Assembly (NCBI RefSeq): GCF_000143415.4
Contig: NW_003314312.1
Coordinates: 797,510-861,509 of the forward strand
From: Selaginella moellendorffii
Taxonomy: Eukaryota > Plantae > Lycopodiophyta
DNA length: 64,000 nt
Reading direction: 5' to 3'
This document shows positions 11,711 through 23,008 of the stretch, piece after piece (the first letter of the stretch is position 1; each line of letters opens with the position of its first letter). Below the pieces are notes generated by a model. That model saw only the letters and a list, made by a program, of their open reading frames with translations, was not told the origin of the DNA and did not search any database. A program made the position numbers and the translations under genes.

Positions 11711-12230
11711 TCCGATCTGCCGGAATCGAACCAGAGGATTTCTGCCTGCCAACTAACTTTTGCAAAACATTTATTAGTTGGTCACTCCTTATTATCGTCA
11801 AACCTGAGAACTGATGTTTGGATTGGTCTGGAATAGCGCTGTAGCCATGTCTGATCTTCCCGGGTTTTGGCTTCCAAGCGCACCCGTGTCCGAGTTGTCC
11901 AGGAGTGAGCGAGACCCTGGGAAAGATGAAGAGATCACCGGAATGCAAAACCTTGAGTTGACACAAATCACGTAGAGGCGGGACGCTCGGGGATGTGTGG
12001 AGGATTCACCAAATGCGAGGCAAGAAATGGAGGGCCCCTGTGTGTTGAGGCCTGGAAACATAGTAATATCGACTTGGATTTGTTTGTGACTGGGGGGAGA
12101 TCTTTGGAAGGCACTCTATTGATGAAAACATTGGAGTTTGGATGCAGAAATCCTGGAAAGGATCCCAAAACTCGAACGATAGCTGAGGACAGAAAGAATG
12201 CCACTGTGACAACTTTGATGAAAGCCATAG
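11711..12230 (-). pseudogene. GLP pseudogene (about 11790-12230) with downstream tRNA-Tyr remnant (about 11711-11755)
   Basis: MAFIKVVTVAFFL..., MFPGLNTQG and LGSQNPGRSDMATALFQT in shifting frames; reverse complement CTGGTTCGATTCCGGCAGATCGGA. Confidence 0.8.
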
Positions 12231-12814
12231 CTATATAGAACAATACTTGGTATGAATATATGAATACCAGTGCACTGGTATTTAAGAATTGCGTCGAGAG
12301 CTCAAAAGAGAAGCCTCGTGAAATTACACAAAAGACTGCATTGGTTTCATTTCTAGAACAAAGAACTATTTGCCCCTATCCACCATAAGTCCCCACGGTA
12401 ACCAGTGGACACTATGACAAAGCGGATAGAGATCCAGGCAAGGAAAAACTCCCCACCTTGGAAGAATTAGCTCTAGCACAGCAATGACTCAAAAACACTT
12501 CCACTGCAAAGTTAAGGAAGGTGATCTCAAGGGCTGTGCAAAACAAAGAACCTGTACAAGAGTGTTGTGATGTTCCCAGCACACTCCCACCACAAGTGGC
12601 TCAGAAGATCACAGCCTTGGCCCCTCCAAAAGCTAGAGAGGCATACATTTCTATCGAAGAGCTTGCGAAGGAAAGCACTGCAATGCTAGCAATGCCCCAG
12701 GGCACTCTCCAGCACGAAAATCCTAGCTTACAAGACACGAAGCGTAAGTCAGAACCAGATTAAGTATCTCTTCAAACAGCTCTGGCAGAAGGAAAACGAA
12801 CAAGAAGAATCCTT

Positions 12815-13307
12815 CTACTCGGCAATAGTCACCTCGACTTCCACACCGGGCTCGATGGTGATGGAGGTGATTTGCTTCACAACCTCCGAAGAGCTGTGCA
12901 GGTCGATCACTCGCTTGTGGACCCTCAGCTCGAAACGATCCCAGGTGTTAGTTCCTGTCGAGAAGCAGTGAGAAACAAAAATGAAAAGAGAAAAAATCCC
13001 AGAGGGCATACCTTCGCCACAGGGAGACTTCCTGGTGGTGTGACGAAGAACTTTGGTGGGCATCCTCACGGGACCCTTCACTCGAAGCTGCTTGTCCTTG
13101 GCACCACGAACCAGATCACTACAAACTAAAGCAGACCACCCAACAAAAACCAAAGGAAAAATCGTCTCAGCCTTCTTTCATGCCTGGAAAGAAATTCTAA
13201 ACCTTACCTTTCTCCAGATTCTTCACATTCTTGGACGTCAAGGTAATGCGAATGCGATGGAGGGTTTCGGCCGCCTCCTCTTTCCCGGGCTTGTAAGGCA
13301 TCGCCAT
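12815..13307 (-). CDS. RPS20: 40S ribosomal protein S20 (uS10); exons 13307-13208, 13125-13012, 12954-12815
   Basis: [33 protein letters not shown]|[38 protein letters not shown]|[46 protein letters not shown]; GT-AG introns. Confidence 0.97.
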
Positions 13308-13444
13308 GGCGCTTCTTCCTGGCAACTAAAACCACTGAATCGAGCCTTGCGATCACGAAGAAAGCACTCACCTGGGCTCGCTGCGCAAAATCTCCGAGCG
13401 CAAGATCCCCGAGACAGACACCTCACGGCCGCTTGCTGAGGGAC

Positions 13445-13463
13445 TAGGGTTAGGTTTAGGGCT
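13445..13463 (-). promoter_or_regulatory. Telo-box-like motifs upstream of RPS20
   Basis: TAGGGTTAGGTTTAGGGC (reverse complement contains AACCCTA); telo-boxes are typical of plant ribosomal-protein promoters. Confidence 0.5.
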
Positions 13464-13567
13464 TTACAACTATTTTGTTCCGTATCCTACGGTCGAGATG
13501 GATTAGATCCAACGGCGCAGGTTTGAATGGAGTGAGCTTTATTTTATGAAGCGGGAAAAGCTTTACA

Positions 13568-14886
13568 TTAGCTCGCAAGCGATGGAAACAAGCGATTGGC
13601 GAGCAATTTGATGAGATCTTGTCCGGGATGGATGGCATCGAAGAACATGTACGAGGATCTGGGCGAGCAGACCATGGTCCCATTGCAACCATCTCCAATC
13701 TCTGTAAAGCCCAATCCACAGCAGCCTCTATTCACCACCGTGTAGCCTTGAAGAGAACAAGTGAGTAAGAAAAGCATGAGATTTTGAGAACAGCCATACT
13801 CACCATAGTTGGAAGGGTTTGAGATGGCGTCCCTTGTCACGTTGTAAGCATCGAAGTTGAAGTAGAACTTGGATCCCGTGAGGTTTGCCTGGAGAGAGTT
13901 GAGCGCGGTCTGGAGATCCACGTTGTAAGAGTAAGCCAAATTGTTTGAGTTCTCGTTGCAATTTGTCCGGCAAGATGGGAAAAAGTTGAAAGCGCTCCAG
14001 CATTGGATCGTGATCGCTATGGGAGTACAACCCAAAGGTCCCAGCGCTGGAATTATAAACTTGCGAGCTCCCAGATTGTATAAGTCCTGGAAAAGCAGAA
14101 AACATTTCAATCTTTAGATCTAATAAAACTTGTTTTACCTTAATTCTGCTCGAAAAAGTGGTGATCATAAGGGCTCGAAAGTCCGCGTCTGTGTAATTGA
14201 AGTAGATGCTAAAGTTTTTGTTGGAGAAATCATTGGATCCAAAGCTTAGAATGAAGAGTGCTCTTGCGATTCGAGCTGATGCTGCGGCCACGCCTTCTAG
14301 AGCCTGAAGCCTCTGAGTTACATTCGCAAACCACTGGATTTGGAGGCTAAAGTTGTAAGGTGTCTAGACACCAAAGAATCATTAGTATCAGGATGCTGAG
14401 ACACTGGTGGATTGTGATAGATTTACCAGATTGCTGGAGAGAGCATCTATAATCGCCGCACCTCCAGAAGCCAAGTTTACACCTTGGGTTAGATTCACCC
14501 CATTCGCATTTGGATCGAGAAACGGGAGTGCCCTGTTGATTCCACAGTATTGAGCTACAAACCACATTTACATATATGATCATCCACAACTAACATTTGA
14601 AATGTTCTTGAAAGTTGGCGGCCAACTTACCAAGATAATCAGGAAGAACTAATCCGTTTGTGAATCGGCCAGTGGGGATTTGATTGGGGTAATCAACACC
14701 ATAGGGAGTGTGATTTGCTCTGGCAATTGTGAAACTCACGTTCTCAAAATAGTTGTTGTTTCCACTGTCGACAATCGAATCGCCCAAAGTGAACACGGCG
14801 GTGGCATTCGTGCAATTGGGACTTTGGGCATAAACTAGAGACAAGGTCGAAGCAAGCAATGCACAAAACAAGATCGCAGAAGACAT
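13568..14886 (-). CDS. GDSL esterase/lipase, multi-exon, secreted
   Basis: Signal peptide; VFTLGDSIVDSGNNN (block I), TGRFTNG, GVNLASGGA, GSND (block III), PLGCTP and FFDAIHP (DxxH, block V). Confidence 0.93.
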
Positions 14887-15221
14887 GTTTTAAGTACTTT
14901 TTTTCTTGTAACAAAGATAATATGAGAAACTTGTGTGTTAACTGCGATCTTGAGCGGGGCTTTTATATCCATGATGTGGCTTCCACGCAAAATCCTGGAT
15001 CTTCCATCCATCCAGCTACAAATTATCTGATTCCAATTGAAATTTCCTAGCTGCTAGTTGTGAGATTGAGATCTTTGCTGTGCCTTCTTCCACCAAACTT
15101 AAAGCTACGACTCCAGGAATTTGATGTTGGGCATGACATCATATTTTAAAAGGCGCTTTGCTGACGATGAAATCGAGAGCGCGTGGATTGATTTTGATTC
15201 TGCGAGAAGAAGAAGAAGATC

Positions 15222-17123
15222 ATGGCTGCCAAAACACCAGACCAAGTTTTCATCGCCAACAAGCTGATTCACATGTACGGAAGCGCCGGTCGGGTGAAAG
15301 ATGCACGGATTGCGTTCGACGGCATTGCTTTGGGCGACAGGAACGTTTACACCTGGGTGCTGATGCTCTGTGCATATTCCCGAAATGGGTATATTCGCGA
15401 GTCCCGGGCTACGTTTGACGAGATGCCTGAGAAGAACATGGTGGCGTGGAATGCCATGCTAGCTGCATATGCCCAAAGCGGGCACTTTGAAGAATTTGAA
15501 ATTGTCTTTGGTGAGATTCCCATGTGGAACGTTGTTTCTTGGAACACATTGCTAGCGGCATACTCCCAGAGTGGAAGCAAACAGAAGTCGAAGATTGTTT
15601 TTGAATCGATGCCGGAGTGGAACTTAATCTCCTGGAATTCACTGCTTGCTGCGCATACCCAAAACGGGCATCTTAAACAGGCGCGAACAGTTTTTGATGG
15701 AATGCCAGCACGAAACTTTATCTCGTGGACTACACTTTTAGCAGGATACGTGCACCATCAAAAGGTCGCGGAGGCCAGCAATGTTTTTATGTCTATGCCA
15801 CAGCATGACATGGTGTCTTGGACTCTGATACTTACCGCATATGCCCGTATCCGGCATATGCGAAAGTGTGTAGAAATCTTTCATACCGCGAGGCAAGTGG
15901 ATCTCACGTTTTGCAACGCTATGTTAACTGCGTTTTCTCATGTTGGAGATGTTAAAGGTGGCAAATGCTTTTTTGATACTATGCCTCAGCATGACATGGT
16001 GTCGTGGAACAACATGCTTTTGGTCTATGCTCAGAATGGCCACATTGGAAAAGCTCGAGAACTTTTTGAGAAGATGGAGCACCGTGACCTGGTTTCATGG
16101 ACGTGCATGGTAAGCGCGTATGCTCAAGCTGGAAATATCAAAGAAGCCGAGTTCTTTTTCCAGAGAATGCCTTTCACGAATATTGTGTCGTGGAACTCGA
16201 TGATCTCGGCTTACAGCCAAAAGGGAAACTTTGAGAGAGTTGAGAAGATGGTAGAAAAAATGCCGCAGTCGAGTTTGTCGTCGTGGAACGCTGTTCTAGC
16301 TGCCAATTTCGATAGAGGAAATCCGGAAGGAGCAAAACTAGTGTTTGACGAGATGCCGGAGCACAACTCCGTGGCTATGAGCTCACTGATTTGTGGATAT
16401 GCGCAGTTTGGTTTCATGGATTTTGCACGGGAGGTTTTTGAGAGTGTTCCTCACAAAGATCTACTGTCGTGTACGTCGATGCTGATCGCTTTCGCAAACC
16501 ACGGAGAAGTGGAAGAAGCGAAGCATTTGTTTGAAACAATGCCACAGCGAGACATCGTTGCTTGGAACGCAATCCTGGTTATGTATGGTCAAAACGGTGA
16601 TTTAGAAAACGCAGCAAGGATTTTCAGCTCTATGCCCGAGCGCGATCTCGTTTCATGGACCTCGATTCTGACCAAGTTCGGACAGAGGGGAAAACTCCAA
16701 GAGGCGATGAAAATCTTCGACGAGCTCGAAACTCTACACACTCCTGACCAGGTTTGTTTCGTGGGAGTTCTCATCGCTTGCAGCCACAAAGGAAAGCTTG
16801 CTCTCGCCAAGGAGTACTTTCTGTCCATGAGACACGACTTTGGAATAGAGCCTGTGAAGCAGCACTACTGTTGCATGGTGGATTTGCTCGCCAGAGCCTC
16901 GTATCTGGAAGATGCGAGAGAGCTCTTGGCGACGATGCCATTTAAACCAGATGCTGTAAATCTGGTGGCTTTTCTTTCGGCGTGTAGGATGGGCCGGATG
17001 AGTGATGATCATATTTGTCACAGTGCCGGTCTTGTCGCAAAGAGCGTCTTGGATTTGGATTCCAGGAATGGAGCTGCTCACATCTTGCTAGCAAACGTTC
17101 TGCGTGATCCACCTGAAGTTTAA
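15222..17123 (+). CDS. PLS-class PPR protein dominated by tandem 31-aa short motifs, with an E-type C-terminus and no DYW domain
   Basis: 633 aa intronless ORF; repeated F..MP..D.VSW..ML.AYAQ.G units; ACSHKG...HYCCMVDLLARA...MPFKPD. Confidence 0.93.
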   Translation: MAAKTPDQVFIANKLIHMYGSAGRVKDARIAFDGIALGDRNVYTWVLMLCAYSRNGYIRESRATFDEMPEKNMVAWNAMLAAYAQSGHFEEFEIVFGEIPMWNVVSWNTLLAAYSQSGSKQKSKIVFESMPEWNLISWNSLLAAHTQNGHLKQARTVFDGMPARNFISWTTLLAGYVHHQKVAEASNVFMSMPQHDMVSWTLILTAYARIRHMRKCVEIFHTARQVDLTFCNAMLTAFSHVGDVKGGKCFFDTMPQHDMVSWNNMLLVYAQNGHIGKARELFEKMEHRDLVSWTCMVSAYAQAGNIKEAEFFFQRMPFTNIVSWNSMISAYSQKGNFERVEKMVEKMPQSSLSSWNAVLAANFDRGNPEGAKLVFDEMPEHNSVAMSSLICGYAQFGFMDFAREVFESVPHKDLLSCTSMLIAFANHGEVEEAKHLFETMPQRDIVAWNAILVMYGQNGDLENAARIFSSMPERDLVSWTSILTKFGQRGKLQEAMKIFDELETLHTPDQVCFVGVLIACSHKGKLALAKEYFLSMRHDFGIEPVKQHYCCMVDLLARASYLEDARELLATMPFKPDAVNLVAFLSACRMGRMSDDHICHSAGLVAKSVLDLDSRNGAAHILLANVLRDPPEV

Positions 17124-17615
17124 CTTGTTGTTTTGTTCCTGCCGCGGAGGACAATCTTGCAGTCTAGATATATGTTCGACAAAGTTGATGGGTAGCTTGA
17201 ATGAACGTCGCGTCCTTCTGGGTAAAAGTTTAAGTCAAGTACGCCTCTTCCCAGCTATTTGGAATTCGTGAATTCATGGGTTTTATCAGCGATTTCAAAA
17301 CGTGAAGGAACTTTACCTTGAGAAAAATCGAGTCAAAGTCATCAAATGTGAGGCACGAGAAAGGGTAGCCTATGTGAAAGTCCAGTCTGAGGTGTGGAAA
17401 CTTTCTTTACAATGCAAGAGAGAAGCATTGAAGTGGTCTTCGACTTTGGCAATTTAGCTTAGCAGTGGCTAAACTGTAGAATCCAGCTATAAAAACCGCC
17501 ACAAAGTTCGAACGTGAGCAGCAAGGCATCTCGCAGAGTGTTCTTCGGTGTTGCGGCAAAGTCTCAGCAAAGTTTCAAGAAAAAATCTCGATCCATTTTC
17601 CCTCTTTTTGCAAGC

Positions 17616-17974
17616 ATGAAGAAGGTGACACTCTCAACTTGTGGGAGCTGCAAGGGAAAGACTGATGCACTTAAGAAGATCAAAGGTATGTACAAACTTT
17701 GGATTGGAAATTCGAGAGCCGATCTCGTGGATGTTTCTGTTTTTGAACAACAGGGGTTGATAAGGTGGAATGGGAGTCGTCAGGCCTGGTAGTGATCGGC
17801 AAATTTGATGTGGACGACGTGGTCAAGGCGATGAATTGCCACCACAGTGTTCTTCGTTCCATCGAGAACAATTACGAGCCCCCAAAGAAGAAGGAAGAGA
17901 AGAAGGAAGAGAAGGGGGGCAGTAGCGTTTTGTATGTTTACGCCCACAACTACAATCACTACAATTGGAAGTGA
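17616..17974 (+). CDS. Small HMA-like (CxxC) protein, copy A; exons 17616-17685 and 17754-17974
   Basis: MKKVTLSTCGSCKGKTDALKKIK|GVDKVEWESSGLVVIGKFDVDDVVKAMNCHHSVLRSIENNYEPPKKKEEKK...YNHYNWK*; resembles the HIPP/HPP HMA fold (CxxC, GV, V.G..D) plus a KE-rich tail; TATA box upstream. Confidence 0.8.
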
Positions 17975-18885
17975 ATTTGTTCTTCTAATTGCTCTGCAAG
18001 AACAAGGGTGTGTATGAAATAATTTCAAGAGTTTCAAATCTAGAAGAGCACTGAATTTGACAGAGCATTTAATTGTCAGAATCATATCTGATGTAAGGTT
18101 TTCAAAAGTTAGATCTTTCTATCTATTTTTGTTGGTCCCAATCGTGAAACTGATGAATGCAAAAGACTTTGCATAGCACAAATGCCGGTGCACGTCGCCG
18201 TAGTCAAGGCTATACTTCTAGATTCAGTGACAGGAAGAATCTCACAGCGAGGGAGAGAGAGAGAGAGAGAACAAAGGGCCCAAGATAAGAACAACCTTTT
18301 GTTTAATGTCTATATCACCTTGCGGAATTTCATGGGAGATTCGGCGCCAAAAAGTTACAACATAAAAAAAAAGGTAAAGTCTTTTTGGAAACGCAGGGGT
18401 GGTGAAGTGGAATCGGAGAGAGGAGAAGAAGGAACAGTCTCTGATCATGAAGTTCGTCTCTTCGCTTTCCCACGGTGCCACGCAATGTGTTGGAATAGTG
18501 GCAACGACCACTTCAAGTAGGGAATCACCCATGCCCGGAGGCTTGCTGCTGTATGATTTGCTGCTCAACTTGGAAATTCAGTTCTGGGTTCAAACGCGAC
18601 AACCTTTTGCAGGCTTTGATGAATCGGTCTCTCATAAGAAGAATAGACAGTTAAAGTTGCAACACAGCGGATCTAGACGTGTGGAATTTTCTTCTGCATT
18701 ATGTCGTCTTTGACTATTCGCTGAAATCGCGAGGAATTTGGTGGTGACGCGTCGTCCTACAAAGACTGTACCGTAGAATCAAGCTATAAAAACCGCAAAC
18801 GTGAGCAGCAAGGCATCTCGCAGCGTATTTCTCGATTTTCTGGCACATCTTGAGCGAGCAACTCCAGTTTCCTTTCCTTGTAAGC

Positions 18886-19215
18886 ATGAAGAAGGCGACA
18901 CTCTCAACTTGTGAAAACTGCAAGGGGAAGACTGACGCGCTCAAGAAGATCAAAGGTATAGCACAATCTTTGCATTGGATCGCGGCCCTGATTCCATGAA
19001 ATCTCTGGTGCGGTTTTCCCAATAGGGGTCGATAAGGTGGAATCGGAGTCGTCAGGCTGGTGGTGATTGGAAAATTTGATGTGGACGACGTGCTAAAGGC
19101 GATGGATTGCCACCACAGTGTCCTTCGTTCCATCGAGAACAATTACGAGCCCCCCAAAAAGAAGGAAGCAGGCTCTAGCGTTATATATGTGTACACCCAC
19201 ACCTACAACCAGTGG
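18886..19215 (+). pseudogene. HMA-like copy B, with a 1-bp deletion in exon 2 and a transposon inserted at the last codons
   Basis: TCAGGCTGGTGGTGA versus intact TCAGGCCTGGTGGTG gives a frameshift and stop; native stop displaced to about 19900. Confidence 0.8.
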
Positions 19216-19893
19216 AAAACGTATGAAACTAAAAAACGTAACGTTTTAAACGCGTTAAAAAACGCCGTTCTAAACTCCCAACGAGTTTGCACTATTTGCG
19301 AAAAGAGACAAAGGTTTCTTTAGGGTTTCTTCAGAACTTCATAAGGGATCTCCCTCATTGCTTTGCACGTTTTCACACCTCTTGCCCAAACTCCAGCACT
19401 CGCTCCGCTCCCCCAGTGTGAATCTCATGACAATACTTACATGTCCAGTGCCGCTCTGCTTGTATCACATGCTTCCAGCTCCAGCATTCGTGGCGTCCTC
19501 CAATTCCTGCCATGAACCCTTAAAAAACCTCGCAGCAGTTTTTCCGATTTCGAGCTAGCAGACCCAGCAGATGCCGATGATGGGCATCTGCTGCAGCAAG
19601 CCGCACAGGGTTCAGGGGGGCCAGCAGAATCTATGGTGGCAAGCACGGAGAACTGGTCCAGTGCTGAGACAAGCAGATCAGCGAAACGGCTTCTTCTTTC
19701 ATTTGTTTTAGTATGTTATTCGGTTGGGTTTTATAAACTTAATATTANNNNNNNNNNNNNNNNNNNNNNNNNNNNNNNNNNNNNNNNNNNNNNNNNNNNN
19801 NNNNNNNNNNNNNNNNNNNNNNNNNNNNNNNNNNNNNNNNNNNNNNNNNNNNNNNNNNNNNTTTGAACGTTTGCACGTCTAGCTGCAACTATG
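19214..19893 (-). mobile_element. Non-autonomous hAT-like DNA element with a BED zinc-finger remnant (spans the N gap)
   Basis: Absent from paralog F (AACCAGT|ACTGGAAGTGA); minus-strand MAGIGGRHECWSWKHVIQAERHWTCKYCHEIHTGGAERV...GVKTCK from 19513; clustered AAACG(T/C/G) subterminal motifs at both ends; one end reads CATAGTTGCAG. Confidence 0.7.
19748..19861. other. Assembly gap (114 N)
   Basis: Run of N; the corresponding sequence is present at 22863-22976. Confidence 0.99.
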
Positions 19894-20881
19894 ACTGGAA
19901 GTGAGTTAAATAGTGTTTGTGTGTAAAAATAGATTTTCTCTTCCACCTCAAATTCTTGAATGTGGAATTCATGGGAGTGAAGCCAATTTCGAAAGTTGAT
20001 GTCTCAATCAAGGGCATTAATTTATCTCGGTTCAGAGTTCAAAAGTGAATCTAAAACATTGATCCCACAGAAAGAAGAAAGAAAACGCACTGGTGCATTT
20101 GACTGTAAAGGAATGTGGTTCATTCTTCACCTTGAACTTTGAGGAGATTAATTCTCTTCCTAAGAGTTTGAAAATGAACGTGCGTCATCACATTTTAAAG
20201 AGTGGAACTCTGAAAAAAACCATTTGTTTTATTCCTCTCAACAGGAGGAGACTTGAACGAAGTCACTTTTCAATTGCAGGATAAAAATGATGTTTTGACG
20301 AAGTGAGTTCTTTACTAGAGCTGAGAGCCACAGTATCAAACTAGATTTAATTTGTTTAGAAGAATGTATAATGCTATTCAAGCTTCAAAGTTTAGAAAAA
20401 TGGTCCGTGAACGTACACTGACCTTTCAATCTTACCATGGATTTAAGCGATCAATGTAAGCTTCTTTGGTCTCCCAGCTAGAATGGATTTGACAAAGTTG
20501 ATGGCCAGTCGCGATTGTGGTCCTTCTGGGTAAAAGTTTAAGTCAAGGACGCTTCTTTGGTCTCCCAGCATGGGTTTTGTCAGCGATTTCAAAAAGCTGC
20601 AACTCATCAAATGACGTCAAATGTGAGGCACGAGAAAGGGAAGCCCATGTGAAAGTCCAGTGTATGCTCTGAAAACTTTCTATACAATGCAAGAGAGAAG
20701 CTTTGAAATGGTCTTCGATTTGGCAATTTAGCGGTGGCTAAACTGTAGAATCCAGCTATAAAAACCGCCACAAAGTTCGAACGTGAGCAGCAAGGCATCT
20801 CGCAGCGTGTTCTTCGGAGTTGCAAAGTCTCAGCAAAGGTTCAAGAAAAAATCTCGATCCATTTTTCCTCCTTTTGCAAGC

Positions 20882-21220
20882 ATGAAGAAGGTGACACTCT
20901 CAACTTGTGGGAGCTGCGAGGGAAAGACTGATGCGCTTAAGAAGATCAAAGGTATGTGGATTGGAAATTTGAAAGCTGATATCGTTTCTTGTTTTTGAAC
21001 AACAGGGGTTGATAAGGTGGAATGGGAGTCGTCAAGCCTGGTAGTGATCGGCAAATTTGATGTGGACGACGTGGTCAAGGCGATGGATTGCCACCACAGC
21101 ATTCTTCGTTCTGTCGAGAACGATTATGAGCCCCCAAAGAAGGACAAGGAGAAGAAGGGCGGTGGTTCTAGCGTTGTATATGTTTACACCCACACCTACA
21201 ATCACTACAATTGCAAGTGA
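20882..21220 (+). CDS. Small HMA-like protein, copy C (2 exons)
   Basis: MKKVTLSTCGSCEGKTDALKKIK|GVDKVEWESSSLVVIGKFDVDDVVKAMDCHHSILRSVENDYEPPKK...YNHYNCK*. Confidence 0.8.
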
Positions 21221-22000
21221 ACTTCAGGAGTTTCTGATCTAAAAGCCAAGTTCTTAGGGTTTCTTATTTCGCATACTTTAGTTTAAAATTTAACCCTCAA
21301 TTTAACGTAAGGGTTTAAGGATGGAATTAAATTTTCAAAACTTGAATATTTTTTGATCAAACTGATGAATAATGCCGGTGCTCAGCCGTAGTCAATACGA
21401 TCGGTGTGGAGTTCTAGAATAGTAAACTAGCAGAGTTTTTTCCTACCTTACCTTTCTTTATGTTATAAAAAACAACCATCGATTAACTGGTCCGAACTCA
21501 CGGGAAACAGCTTTTTGGGGCCGAAATTTCCACGAAATTGTTCCCGCAAGGACAATTATGAGAGAGTAGAAGAAGGAACATCATGAAGTTCATCCCACGG
21601 TGCCACGCAATGTGTTGGAATAGTGGCAACGACCACTTCAAGTAGGGAATCACCCATTTGCTGCTGTATGATTTGCTGCTCAACTTGGAATCTAAGTTCT
21701 GGGTTCAAACGCGACAACCTTTTGCAGGCTTTGATGAATCGGTCTCTCATAAGAAGAATAGACAGTTAAAGTTGCAACACAGCGGATCTAGACGTGTGGA
21801 ATTTTCTTCTGCATTATGTCGTCTTTGACTATTCGCTGAAATCGCGAGGAATTTGGTGGTGACGCGTCGTCCTACAAAGACTGTACCGTAGAATCAAGCT
21901 ATAAAAACCGCAAACGTGAGCAGCAAGGCATCTCGCAGCGTATTTCTCGATTTTCTGGCACATCTTGAGCGAGCAACTCCAGTTTCCTTTCCTTGTAAGC

Positions 22001-22330
22001 ATGAAGAAGGCGACACTCTCAACTTGTGAAAACTGCAAGGGGAAGACTGACGCGCTCAAGAAGATCAAAGGTATAGCACAATCTTTGCATTGGATCGCGG
22101 CCCTGATTCCATGAAATCTCTGGTGCGGTTTTCCCAATAGGGGTCGATAAGGTGGAATCGGAGTCGTCAGGCTGGTGGTGATTGGAAAATTTGATGTGGA
22201 CGACGTGCTAAAGGCGATGGATTGCCACCACAGTGTCCTTCGTTCCATCGAGAACAATTACGAGCCCCCCAAAAAGAAGGAAGCAGGCTCTAGCGTTATA
22301 TATGTGTACACCCACACCTACAACCAGTGG
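22001..22330 (+). pseudogene. HMA-like copy D (duplicate of B)
   Basis: Same 1-bp deletion and same insertion as copy B. Confidence 0.8.
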
Positions 22331-23008
22331 AAAACGTATGAAACTAAAAAACGTAACGTTTTAAACGCGTTAAAAAACGCCGTTCTAAACTCCCAACGAG
22401 TTTGCACTATTTGCGAAAAGAGACAAAGGTTTCTTTAGGGTTTCTTCAGAACTTCATAAGGGATCTCCCTCATTGCTTTGCACGTTTTCACACCTCTTGC
22501 CCAAACTCCAGCACTCGCTCCGCTCCCCCAGTGTGAATCTCATGACAATACTTACATGTCCAGTGCCGCTCTGCTTGTATCACATGCTTCCAGCTCCAGC
22601 ATTCGTGGCGTCCTCCAATTCCTGCCATGAACCCTTAAAAAACCTCGCAGCAGTTTTTCCGATTTCGAGCTAGCAGACCCAGCAGATGCCGATGATGGGC
22701 ATCTGCTGCAGCAAGCCGCACAGGGTTCAGGGGGGCCAGCAGAATCTATGGTGGCAAGCACGGAGAACTGGTCCAGTGCTGAGACAAGCAGATCAGCGAA
22801 ACGGCTTCTTCTTTCATTTGTTTTAGTATGTTATTCGGTTGGGTTTTATAAACTTAATATTAGATTAAAGTGTCTTTAGTAAATATTAGTGTTTTCTTAA
22901 TCATTTTAGGCTTTAACATGTAAACGTTTGATTGTCCTGAAAAAAACGTTTTAAACGGCATTTAAACGTGGACGCGTTTGAACGTTTGCACGTCTAGCTG
23001 CAACTATG
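22329..23008 (-). mobile_element. hAT-like non-autonomous element, second (ungapped) copy
   Basis: Matches 19214-19893; BED remnant starts at 22628. Confidence 0.7.

Noticed and set aside
3617-11755. tRNA-Tyr remnants interpreted as SINEs
   Set aside because: No tails or TSDs seen, the intron is retained, and the position is fixed relative to GLPs, which points to co-duplication rather than retroposition
21200-21220. C-terminal HYNCK as a prenylation signal
   Set aside because: The Cys is penultimate, not fourth from the end, and other copies have W, S or Y there
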